Below, one piece after another: positions 19,422 through 28,309 of a DNA stretch of 64,000 nucleotides. Made by a program: the position numbers and the translations under genes. Numbering within the stretch: position 1 is the first letter of the stretch; each line of letters begins with the position of its first letter. Source of the DNA: an uncultured delta proteobacterium (GTDB lineage Bacteria; Desulfobacterota; BSN033; UBA1163); assembly GCA_963708295.1 (NCBI GenBank), contig CAVPSJ010000004.1:1088001-1152000 (forward strand), in the 5' to 3' direction. The notes beneath the pieces were generated by a model, which was given only the letters and a program-made list of their open reading frames with translations, was not told where the DNA came from and ran no database searches.

Positions 19422-21023
19422 TTGGGGAGCACAGCAACATTGAGCGCCATACTTTCGAGCTTCGCAATTTCCTTCCTCTTAGCTATTCTCTCCGCATTTT
19501 TGCTCCTGCTGGCCTTCCCCACATTTGACCTGGGTTGGCTGGCGTGGCTCGGGCTTGTTCCCCTTTTTGTTGCGATCTCTGGTCGCAGCGCAAAGTCGGC
19601 ATTCTTCCTTTCCTATTTATGCGGTATCGTTTTCGTATCAGGGGTTTACCGCTGGGTCCTTGAGGCTCCTGGATATCACCTCTATCACCATGCCATCCTG
19701 GCGATCTACTTAGGGTCGTATTTCGGATTCTTCGGGGGCATCGTCAACTTGATATCGAGAAGGTTGGGGGCCGCCTGGGCACACCTGGCCATGCCCTTCG
19801 TGTGGGTGTCTATGGAGTTTGTCAGGTCCAATTTGTCCTTCCTTGCGCTCCCCTTTCCAATACTCGCCCATTCTCAGTATCCCTATCTCAAGGTCATCCA
19901 GATCACTTCGCTCACAGGAACGTATGGTCTTGGTTTTTTGATCGTTCTTTTCAATTCAGCCCTTGCCGCGCTCGTCCTGCGTTCGATCTACCGATCCGTC
20001 TCCCAAGGGGAAGCATCCGAGGCCCCTTCGCGGCGAGGAGCCTTCGCTTTGGTACTTCTGACGGTAACACTTTTAGCCGTGGTTTTATTTTATGGGCATT
20101 TCGTGCTTCCTCAAGGACCGATGTCCGGAAAATCGCTCACAGTATCCGTGGTGCAGGGAAATATCGGTCGTGAAAAAAAAGGGGATCCCAGGAAGCATGC
20201 AGCGTTCATCATGCAAAAATACGCTGACCTGACAGAAAGGGTTTCCATAGACAGGCCAGAGCTCATCGTCTGGCCTGAGGCGGCAACACCAGGGTTTGTT
20301 TTGACAAACATAGGCCTTCTCAATCAAATGGTCATGATCGCAAGAAGAGCAAACACCCATGTTCTTATCGGAAGCTCCGAATATCCAAAATTCTCTACAG
20401 AGAAGTTGAATCCGCAGAAGCTCGGCAACACCGCTCTTTTCTTTTCTCCTACGGGTAGGGTTTTGGGTCAGTACCTGAAGATTCAGCTGATTCCTTTTGC
20501 GGAGTACGTCCCCTATCAGGGGATCATTCCGTGGCCCCAATTCATCGTCCCTGAGAGCAAGAGGGGTTTTGAGGTCCCGGGCCGGGAATATACACTTTTT
20601 GACTTGGGTGGAACGAAATTCGGAGCCGTCATATGTTCGGAATGTACTTTCCCTGATCTTTTCAGGAGATTTGTGAAGAAGGGCGCCGCTTTCATGGTCA
20701 ACATAACCAATGAAGGCTGGTTTGGTGAAACGGCACTTCACCAGAAAGTGGCAGCAAGCGTGCTCAGGGCGGTGGAGAATCGGGTATTCCTGGTCCGTGC
20801 AACGAACACAGGCATCTCGTGCTTCATCGATCCTTATGGAAGGATAACCGGGAGGGTCCAAAAGGATGGAAGAGACACACTTGTCGAGGGATATTTGACA
20901 CGGCCGGTTTATCTCTCTGAAGAGAGGACCTTCTACACCATCCACGGTGACCTCTTTGCTTATTTGAGTCTCTTGATTTCTGCCGTTATGATCGGAGCCT
21001 CCTTGCGGGGGAGGAACAGATGA
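19422..21023 (+). CDS. lnt: Apolipoprotein N-acyltransferase (Lnt family, nitrilase fold)
   Basis: N-terminal TM bundle, VVQGNI, catalytic WPE, K..LIPFAEY, ICSEC, RAVENR..RATNTGIS. Confidence 0.9.
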   Translation: MGSTATLSAILSSFAISFLLAILSAFLLLLAFPTFDLGWLAWLGLVPLFVAISGRSAKSAFFLSYLCGIVFVSGVYRWVLEAPGYHLYHHAILAIYLGSYFGFFGGIVNLISRRLGAAWAHLAMPFVWVSMEFVRSNLSFLALPFPILAHSQYPYLKVIQITSLTGTYGLGFLIVLFNSALAALVLRSIYRSVSQGEASEAPSRRGAFALVLLTVTLLAVVLFYGHFVLPQGPMSGKSLTVSVVQGNIGREKKGDPRKHAAFIMQKYADLTERVSIDRPELIVWPEAATPGFVLTNIGLLNQMVMIARRANTHVLIGSSEYPKFSTEKLNPQKLGNTALFFSPTGRVLGQYLKIQLIPFAEYVPYQGIIPWPQFIVPESKRGFEVPGREYTLFDLGGTKFGAVICSECTFPDLFRRFVKKGAAFMVNITNEGWFGETALHQKVAASVLRAVENRVFLVRATNTGISCFIDPYGRITGRVQKDGRDTLVEGYLTRPVYLSEERTFYTIHGDLFAYLSLLISAVMIGASLRGRNR

Positions 21024-22372
21024 AAGTCATGATCATCACCCCGGGACACCCTGGCCCTGATAGAAAGTCCCTACCGCCGGCACTGACCGCTCCCTATCTT
21101 GCGGCGCTGGCTACCCCATATGCGGAATCCATCAGGATTTATGACTTGGCCGTGGAACCTTTTGACCCGAAAGGACCTGTGCCTGATGTTGCTTTGCTCA
21201 CCTCAACCATGGCGCAGTTCGATCAGGTATTCAAAATCGGTGAACTCCTGAAAGCTAAAGGGTCTAAGATCTTCCTCGGAGGACCCTACGCAACCCTGGC
21301 TTTCGATTTCGATCCCCGAATAAAGGAATTGGCTGACTGTGTTGTTTTTGGCGAAGGAGAGAAAGCGCTGCCGCAAGCGTTGGCGGACTGCCAGAACGAG
21401 AGATTGCAGCCGACTTATAATATGCCAGTAGACTCACTGAACGGAATGCCATTCAGCCGTCTCGATCTTCTGGATCATACCAAATACTATTTTTCTACGG
21501 TCGTGATTGGCACGAGGGGTTGTCTGAATAGATGCACCTATTGCACGATCAGGGATCTCTATGGTTTCAAATTCTTGAAGCGACCGGTGGAAGAAGTCAT
21601 CGAAGAAATACGATACCAAACATCGAGGCCGAATATCGGGTGGCTGGATCGGAAACTGGTGGAGTTCTGGGATGATAATCCCGCGTGTGACCTCGATTGG
21701 TTTAAGCAGCTACTCGAAAAAATGATTCCCTTGAAGAAATGGTGGTTGTCCCAAATCTGTCTTAATGTGGCCGAGGACGAGGAAGCCGTGAAGCTGATGA
21801 GAGCTTCCGGCTGCAAGGGGGTCTTTGTTGGTCTGGAATCGGTGTCCGAGAACACGCTGAAAGGGCAGAACAAAGCGGAAGTGAACGTCGTGGATCGATA
21901 CGTAGAATCCTCGAGGGTCCTATTGAAGCATGGGATTAATTTTGTCGGGGCCATCATGTACGGCTTTGATGAGGATACGAAAGAGAGTCTTTTCAATGAC
22001 ACCCCCAGAGTTCTTGGGGAAATGGGGTTGACTCTTCTTCAGACCCATATGGTCACGCCCTATCCCCACTCGGACTTTTTTAAGCTTCTTGACAGAGAAA
22101 AAAGGCTGATGACGAAAGAGTGCAAATATTACAACGGATACACGCTCGTTCATAAGCCCCAAAAAATAGGCGCAGCAGAGCTCCAGGAGAGGTTTTTTGA
22201 AACTCGAAGAAAATTCTACTCTTGGGGTTCGATTTTGAGGAGAATGAGGAGACACCGGTTGACAAAATACCCGGAGTTCTTGATCTGGAACGTGCTGTAT
22301 CGTAAACCGAACTATCAAGCGATTCCCGGCGTGGATGCGAAGGGATGGCTCGATTTCTTGAGGAAGTCTTGA
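21020..22372 (+). CDS. B12-binding radical SAM enzyme (class B type)
   Basis: N-terminal cobalamin-binding-like region (LGGPYAT, VVFGEGE); TRGCLNRCTYC CxxxCxxC; WDDN, VGLES; overlaps lnt stop (ATGA). Confidence 0.85.
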   Translation: MKVMIITPGHPGPDRKSLPPALTAPYLAALATPYAESIRIYDLAVEPFDPKGPVPDVALLTSTMAQFDQVFKIGELLKAKGSKIFLGGPYATLAFDFDPRIKELADCVVFGEGEKALPQALADCQNERLQPTYNMPVDSLNGMPFSRLDLLDHTKYYFSTVVIGTRGCLNRCTYCTIRDLYGFKFLKRPVEEVIEEIRYQTSRPNIGWLDRKLVEFWDDNPACDLDWFKQLLEKMIPLKKWWLSQICLNVAEDEEAVKLMRASGCKGVFVGLESVSENTLKGQNKAEVNVVDRYVESSRVLLKHGINFVGAIMYGFDEDTKESLFNDTPRVLGEMGLTLLQTHMVTPYPHSDFFKLLDREKRLMTKECKYYNGYTLVHKPQKIGAAELQERFFETRRKFYSWGSILRRMRRHRLTKYPEFLIWNVLYRKPNYQAIPGVDAKGWLDFLRKS

Positions 22373-22616
22373 TCCATCAGATAGGATCGATCCCGAGGGC
22401 CAGGTGGGCTCATCGATGCGTCTGCATGGTGTAACACTGGGAAGATATGGCGAGGGTTCATCTTTTGCATATCTTTTCAAAAGCTTTGATGACGGCCACT
22501 GTTTTCCATCGGAATCGATTCTGCTTCGATATAGACTTGTTTAAACTTGGCGGTTTATTTTTAAATAATCGCAGGTTGAGGAGAAAATTTCAGTCTGGTG
22601 AACTAAAAACAAAAAG

Positions 22617-22653
22617 TTGACTTTCCCATTCAACGTAGCTACAATAGCTACAT
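22617..22653 (+). promoter_or_regulatory. sigma70 promoter with Phd-type operator
   Basis: TTGACT-17 bp-TACAAT overlapped by GTAGCTAC and ATAGCTAC repeats. Confidence 0.7.
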
Positions 22654-22667
22654 CGGGGGAAGATTCT

Positions 22668-22952
22668 ATGGAGACGGTTGGGATTAAGGAATTAAAAAAC
22701 AAACTGACCTATTATCTTAAATTAACGAAAGAAGGAAACAAAGTTATTGTGACAGACAGAGGGACTCCTGTAGCCATCATACAAAGCATAGATCACGTTA
22801 AGAATAATGTGGGGGTTGAAGAGAGACTTGCCTCACTTGCGAAAAGAGGGATGCTCAGGCTACCCCTGAAAAAGGGGAAGTTACCTCCTTTCAAGAGTGT
22901 TAAAGCGGCTGGAAAGCCAGCCTCAGAAATCATTATAGAAGAGAGAAGATGA
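22668..22952 (+). CDS. Phd/YefM antitoxin
   Basis: METVGIKELKNKLTYYL...VIVTDRGTPVA. Confidence 0.9.
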   Translation: METVGIKELKNKLTYYLKLTKEGNKVIVTDRGTPVAIIQSIDHVKNNVGVEERLASLAKRGMLRLPLKKGKLPPFKSVKAAGKPASEIIIEERR

Positions 22953-23389
22953 TCTATCTCGACAGCAGTGCCCTCGTAAAAAGATATGTCCAGGAAGAAG
23001 GAACTGATTTTGTTAAATCCATCCTGGCGGGTCATGGGCTCATAACAACATCGAAACTCACCTATCCCGAGATACTCTCAGCTTTAATGAGAAAGGTTCG
23101 GGGAGGTGAGATTGAGAGGAAAACGTTTAATGGAATCGTTGAAATGTTCGATAAGGACTGGGACCATGTTCTCGTGCTCGATTTCCATAACGACCTTCTG
23201 CAAATAGTTAAAGTGGTAATAGAAAAGCATCCCCTGAAGGCTGCCGACGCTATCCACCTCTCTTCAGCTTTGTGGTTAAAACTTTCCTCGAAGGCGGATG
23301 TAACCTTTGTAGCTTCCGATTCGAACCTACTCAAAGCTGCTCAGGCTGAGAAACTACAGATCGTCAATCCACTGGATGAGGCAAAATAG
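22949..23389 (+). CDS. vapC: PIN-domain (VapC) toxin
   Basis: MIYLDSSALVKRY...DAIHLSSA...FVASD. Confidence 0.9.
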   Translation: MIYLDSSALVKRYVQEEGTDFVKSILAGHGLITTSKLTYPEILSALMRKVRGGEIERKTFNGIVEMFDKDWDHVLVLDFHNDLLQIVKVVIEKHPLKAADAIHLSSALWLKLSSKADVTFVASDSNLLKAAQAEKLQIVNPLDEAK

Positions 23390-23532
23390 ATTCGCTATGC
23401 GATTTGTGATAACAAGTAAGTTGAAAAGCTTGGCCAATTTATTATAATAGAGGCCGTTCGTCAGAGACTTCGGCTCATCTATATCGTATTTGATTAGCTT
23501 TCATCTTTTGTGATGGGAGAGGAGTTCCATTT

Positions 23533-23958
23533 ATGATGGCGGATAATAAGGTTGAGCTTCATATCCCAAGCATCATGGGTTTTGAAAAGGTTGCGATGGA
23601 ATGTTCCGCATCGGTGGCGAAAAAGATGGGCTTTACGGAAGACCGAATTGAAGACTTGAAGACGGCTGTCGGGGAGGCTTGCCTGAATGCCATTGAACAT
23701 GGTAACAAGATGGATACCAATACGAAAGTGGGGATTACTCTGACGGTTGAGGAAACGAAACTTCAAGTGGCTGTGAAAGACGAAGGGAAAGGAGTCGGGG
23801 AAATCCCTCTCCCCAGTATCAAGAATAAAATGGAGGGGAAAGACAAACCCCGGGGATGGGGCCTCTTTCTTATTAAAAATCTGATCAATGAGGTCACTTT
23901 CGAACCCAGTCCGGAAGGCGGAAACATTACCAAAATGGTCATCTATTTAGAAAAATAA
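23533..23958 (+). CDS. rsbW: Anti-sigma factor Ser kinase (RsbW/SpoIIAB)
   Basis: LKTAVGEACLNAIEHG...VKDEGKG...RGWGLFLI. Confidence 0.88.
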   Translation: MMADNKVELHIPSIMGFEKVAMECSASVAKKMGFTEDRIEDLKTAVGEACLNAIEHGNKMDTNTKVGITLTVEETKLQVAVKDEGKGVGEIPLPSIKNKMEGKDKPRGWGLFLIKNLINEVTFEPSPEGGNITKMVIYLEK

Positions 23959-24029
23959 ATGGGAAAGGATGGTTGAAGAAACTCAGTGAGCTAAGGAGGA
24001 ATTTGGGTTTCACCAGAGCATAGGAAAAT

Positions 24030-24374
24030 ATGAACAAGGACATCCAAGTATCCATTTCCCAGAAGGACGACGTTTCGATCCTGAATATCAAAGGAGATGT
24101 CACTGCCATCACAGGAGAACCCATCGAAGCGGCTTACCAAAAGGTGACCACAGCGGGAGCCAAAAAGATCCTTCTCTATTTCGATAAGGATGGGTATATC
24201 AATAGCGGCGGGATCGCTATTCTGATCGGAATCGCATCGGAAAGCAGGAAAAACGGCCAGACAGTGCGGATGACCGGTCTGTCCGGCCACTTTCAAAAAA
24301 TTTTTAGCATGGTGGGACTGACCAAATATACTGAAATTTTCCAAACAGAAGAATTGGCCCTCAAAGATTTTTAA
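24030..24374 (+). CDS. rsbV: STAS-domain anti-anti-sigma factor (RsbV/SpoIIAA)
   Basis: YINSGGIAILI with conserved phospho-Ser; IFSMVGL. Confidence 0.88.
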   Translation: MNKDIQVSISQKDDVSILNIKGDVTAITGEPIEAAYQKVTTAGAKKILLYFDKDGYINSGGIAILIGIASESRKNGQTVRMTGLSGHFQKIFSMVGLTKYTEIFQTEELALKDF

Positions 24375-24443
24375 AGACCGAACCTCAAAAGGTTCCACAT
24401 CTATCCTGGTCTCATAGATCATCAGGAACGGTAAACGGTATCC

Positions 24444-25928
24444 ATGAAAGATGAGGCCTTCAAAAACGTCCAAGATCATCCCAGAGAAGTGAAAAAACCC
24501 CAACAAGAGCTTGAAAAGCGAATCTTCCATCTCAAGACCCTCTACGATTTGGGCCAGGAGATAGGCTATTTAAGGGAGACTCACGAGATTGCAAAAAATC
24601 TGTTGTTGATGATGATCGGGAACTTCGGGGCCTCGTGCGGGTTTATTTTCCTTTTCGATATGAGTCGGGGCAAAATGGATACGTGCTGTCAGAGAGGTTT
24701 GCCCAAAGAAGCAGTAGATATTTTTTCCGAGAAAATAGCATTGGGCGATTTAACGTGGTTAAACGAAATTGCTCAAATCGAGGTGCTCCATGAAAGCAGT
24801 ACCGCTCAGATCCAGGGAAAAGAAAAGCTGTTTGACTTCCTTTCTTCTTTTAGCCTAAGAATCTGGGTTCCATTTAACATCGATTCCAATCTAAGGGGTG
24901 GCATCGGATTGGGAGACAAACTCTCCAGCGATCCTTATACTCCAGATGACCAGGAATTATTGCTCACCATGGCCAACCAGGGATCCGTCGCCATCGAGAA
25001 TGCCAAACTCCAACAGGCCCGGATCGAAGCGCTCGAACAGTCAAAGAAGGAACTGGAGAAGTTAAGCAAAGCCAAGAGTAAAGCGCTTGACCATCTCTCT
25101 CATGAATTGAGGACACCGCTCTCTGTGATCCAGGGAAACATCCGGATCTTGAAGCGCAAAACTCAAGCACAGACCCCTCCCCTGGTAAGGGAGGAAGTCT
25201 TTGAATCTTTAGAGAAGAACCTGAATCGTCTTTCCGACATTCAACAAGAAACCGATCAGATTATCCGGTCGTATCAGGCATTAGAGACAAAGCAGCGGCC
25301 TGTAGAACCGGACGATTCTCAACCTTTAAGTCCTGAACGGATTGACCTCTATCTTTTTGTAGAACAAATCTTGGAGAATATTAAAGAGCGGGCAATGGGT
25401 CGGGAAATTCAGTTTCACCTGGAAGGAGACCACGGTCTCGATGTGCTGATGGACCCCAAAATCCTCGAAGATATTCTGGTGGGACTCCTAAAGAACGCCG
25501 TCGAGAACACTCCGGATGAAGGAATGATTCGAGTTATTTTAGAACAAAAAAACCAATGGGTACAACTCAAGGTTATGGATTTCGGCATTGGAATAACCAA
25601 GGAGAATCAGAGGCGTCTTTTCGACGGATTGTTTCATACCCTTGATACGGAGCTCTATGCATCCAAAAGACCTTATGACTTTGGCGCAGGAGGAAAGGGG
25701 CTCGATCTCTTACGGGCGAAGGTTTACGGCCAGCGCTTTAAATTCGATGTTTCAGTCGGAAGTCAGCGATGCACCCGGATCCCCACCGACCAGGATCTCT
25801 GCCCAGGAAGAATTTCCGCATGCCCGCACTGTAGGAAACCGGAGGACTGTTTGTCTTCCGGTGGGAGCACCTTCTGTATTTCCTTTTCAGTCAGTTCGAA
25901 TGCTGAATCGGAGCAATTGGAACCATAA
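24444..25928 (+). CDS. Cytoplasmic GAF sensor histidine kinase with Cys-rich insertion in the ATPase domain
   Basis: GAF ending VAIENAKL; H box SHELRTPL; LLKNAVENT, DFGIGI, GKGLDL; C-x9-C-x6-C-x2-C-x5-C before GGSTF. Confidence 0.88.
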   Translation: MKDEAFKNVQDHPREVKKPQQELEKRIFHLKTLYDLGQEIGYLRETHEIAKNLLLMMIGNFGASCGFIFLFDMSRGKMDTCCQRGLPKEAVDIFSEKIALGDLTWLNEIAQIEVLHESSTAQIQGKEKLFDFLSSFSLRIWVPFNIDSNLRGGIGLGDKLSSDPYTPDDQELLLTMANQGSVAIENAKLQQARIEALEQSKKELEKLSKAKSKALDHLSHELRTPLSVIQGNIRILKRKTQAQTPPLVREEVFESLEKNLNRLSDIQQETDQIIRSYQALETKQRPVEPDDSQPLSPERIDLYLFVEQILENIKERAMGREIQFHLEGDHGLDVLMDPKILEDILVGLLKNAVENTPDEGMIRVILEQKNQWVQLKVMDFGIGITKENQRRLFDGLFHTLDTELYASKRPYDFGAGGKGLDLLRAKVYGQRFKFDVSVGSQRCTRIPTDQDLCPGRISACPHCRKPEDCLSSGGSTFCISFSVSSNAESEQLEP

Positions 25929-26081
25929 ACCGCGTCCCAACTCCTCTTCGACTCTCCGATGTAATCTCTCCTCTCCTTGCCTTCACAAGGGTCTTGACGC
26001 CTTGATCCTACCTTCATTCCTCACTTTTTTAGCATCAATTGACTCAGTCTTACCTAACCTATCAGACATGATCGTAAGACT

Positions 26082-26711
26082 TTATTGTTTTAATTTGAAA
26101 GAGATTATTTCCCAATCATATATTACATCCCAATAATCACTTTTTTCATATTGGCACTTCACCATGGATTTCACATCGGGCGAATACCAATACCATGCTT
26201 TCCCCTCCTTTGGCCGACCCGCTGTTTCTCCAACCGTTTCTTGTTTATACTCTAATTTAAGAGCCTTAAATTTTCCTGCTTGAATCACGATCTCTTCCCA
26301 CCCCAAGACAGTGAAAGTCTCAAGATAGGTCATTTCTTGTGATCCTAAGGCGGTTTGTTTAGTTATAAATTTGTCGCTCCATGTCTTCCCGACATCCAAT
26401 GGAAAATTAAAAAGTCTTTTGTTCCTTCCCTCATACTTTATTCGTTTATCTTTGGCCATGTAGTAGAGTCTATTCAGAGAGCTTTTCTCACAAATTAAAG
26501 TCAAATCCCCGCGAGCCGTTAAGTATTTCACCACATAACTATCTCCACCGGCATCATCGATCGTTATAATCACATCATCCGTTAAAACCCACTTGTCCCC
26601 TACGTTCCAGACAGGGGCTTCAACCTTATTTTGAGCAGATACAATGGTTGGAATGAATAAGACTAAAAAGATTAATAAAATCTTCTTTTTCATATCATCT
26701 CCTCCTTTCAT
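26082..26711 (-). CDS. Secreted hypothetical protein (beta-rich)
   Basis: Signal peptide MKKKILLIFLVLFIPTIVSA; PVWNVGDKW, FPLDVGKTW, VLGWEEIVIQAGKFKA, WYWYSP. Confidence 0.7.
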   Translation of the reverse strand: MKGGDDMKKKILLIFLVLFIPTIVSAQNKVEAPVWNVGDKWVLTDDVIITIDDAGGDSYVVKYLTARGDLTLICEKSSLNRLYYMAKDKRIKYEGRNKRLFNFPLDVGKTWSDKFITKQTALGSQEMTYLETFTVLGWEEIVIQAGKFKALKLEYKQETVGETAGRPKEGKAWYWYSPDVKSMVKCQYEKSDYWDVIYDWEIISFKLKQ

Positions 26712-27181
26712 ACATGGATTGATGTTAGAGAAATATTATCTTCTCATTAAAAAGTCAACAGAAATTTCTCTTCAATAAAAAATGCTGTGTGGAGTTCGGT
26801 CCACTAAATTTTGTTCGTTGCCTCTATTAAATACAAATCAGTGAATTCCGTCACAAACACCTTTTCAAAGGCTATTCTTAAATAGCTGAAAACAAACAGC
26901 TTCTTCTTTTACTATTTTTCCCTGAAAACACGTTTATCATATTTTGTTCCAAATGCAATGTTTCCTATGGAAATCAATAAGTCTTCCTTATGGTCTTTTC
27001 CAGTACATCTTCCTTAAATCCTAAGGTGAGATAATTTTCACAATCCTATTTTAACATTGACAAATAAAGGACTTTATGGTGGTGTAATATCGGGATGAAA
27101 GTATAAGGGGGGGTGGGTCAGCAACAATCTTCTAACTCCCTAATCCTTTTTGAAAGCTTTAACTCATTAACAGAAGGAGGG

Positions 27182-27721
27182 ATGACAATGCGACGTTTGT
27201 GGACGATTATCTTCTTTCTACTCATTTTCCTGCTCTGGAATGCTCCTGTAGGGAACGCTCAATTCCGAGAGGCAGGAGCAGAAAAACTCAGGGTTACTGT
27301 GGATGCCCCCGATTTTACCCTGAAGGAGATCGGTGGAGGAAAAATCTCTCTCAAAGAACTGCGAGGGAAGGTTATTTTGTTAAACTTCTTCGCCACGTGG
27401 TGACCAAACTGCAAGAGGGAGTCTCCCTCCTTTGCCAAACTTCATGAGGAGTTTAAGAACTCAGATTTGGCCCTCCTCAAGGTAGCAACGAAAGAGAAAG
27501 AAAAAGATATAACAAGGTATAAGAAAGAACATAATTTTTCTTCCCCCATCCTCTTTGAGGATGATGCGGCAGTGGCCACTGCCTATGGAGTCTGGAGTCG
27601 CCCCCAGACTTTTTTCATCAATCGCGAAGGTAAGATCGTCGGCAGAGCACTTAAGGAAATGGACTGGACGTCGAAGAACATGAAAGATCTCATTGAATTT
27701 CTTTTGAAGGAGAAAAAATGA
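27182..27721 (+). CDS. Exported TlpA/redoxin-family selenoprotein (UxxC), Sec at TGA 27401-27403
   Basis: ORFs 27113-27403 and 27467-27721 are in the same frame; read-through gives APDFTL...LLNFFATW-U-PNC-KRESP...YGVWSRPQTFFINREGKI. Confidence 0.88.
27411..27435 (+). promoter_or_regulatory. Bacterial SECIS-like hairpin
   Basis: GCAA-GAGGGA-GTC-TCCCTC-CT-TTGC beginning 8 nt after the UGA, G in apical loop. Confidence 0.7.
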
Positions 27722-28303
27722 ATCGAATTCATTTAAAGAAGATATCGTATTTGGTTTTTTTCCTGATCTTTGGATTGTTCGGAACCCGATGCGCCACTCC
27801 CACCCACAAAGAAGAAGTAAAGACATATCCAAAGGATTATGTTCATTCTTTAAAGGAGATTTATCTTGAAAAAGTGTTCAATGAGAACCGGGGCTTAAAA
27901 GTCCTGGAAGAGAACGCGACCACAGTCAATGACTACTACCGCGGAGGCGTCCAGGAGAAGGAAGAAGGGGAAAAACTAATCAAAGAAAGCAGATGGGAGG
28001 AGGCGCGGAAACATTTTGAAAAATCAAATCGGTTCTTCGGGGTCGTCCTCAAATATCTTTCGGAAGATGAGGCTTATCGCAACATCTATGGTGAGCAAGT
28101 GGTCATTTTTTTACCCAACCTCTTGATCGCCGACAACGACCTGAAATTAGTCACGGTTTACAAGAATCTGAAAAATGATGATAAAACGGCTCAGGCGAAA
28201 GCAGAAGGACAGCAATATCTTGTCCCAATCTCTAAGGAGTGTAAGAACCGAGTGGGCCTATCAAATCGAGAAAGGCTTTGAGTCTGAATTGCCTAAAAAG
28301 TGA
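27718..28303 (+). CDS. Putative lipoprotein, helical/TPR-like (likely frameshift near 28220)
   Basis: Hydrophobic N-terminus ending FGTRC; alternative frame continues to TGA 28303 just before the next gene. Confidence 0.6.
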
Positions 28304-28309
28304 GGCACC

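Noticed and set aside
20085-20945. 286-aa minus-strand ORF
   Set aside because: Antisense to lnt; no motif
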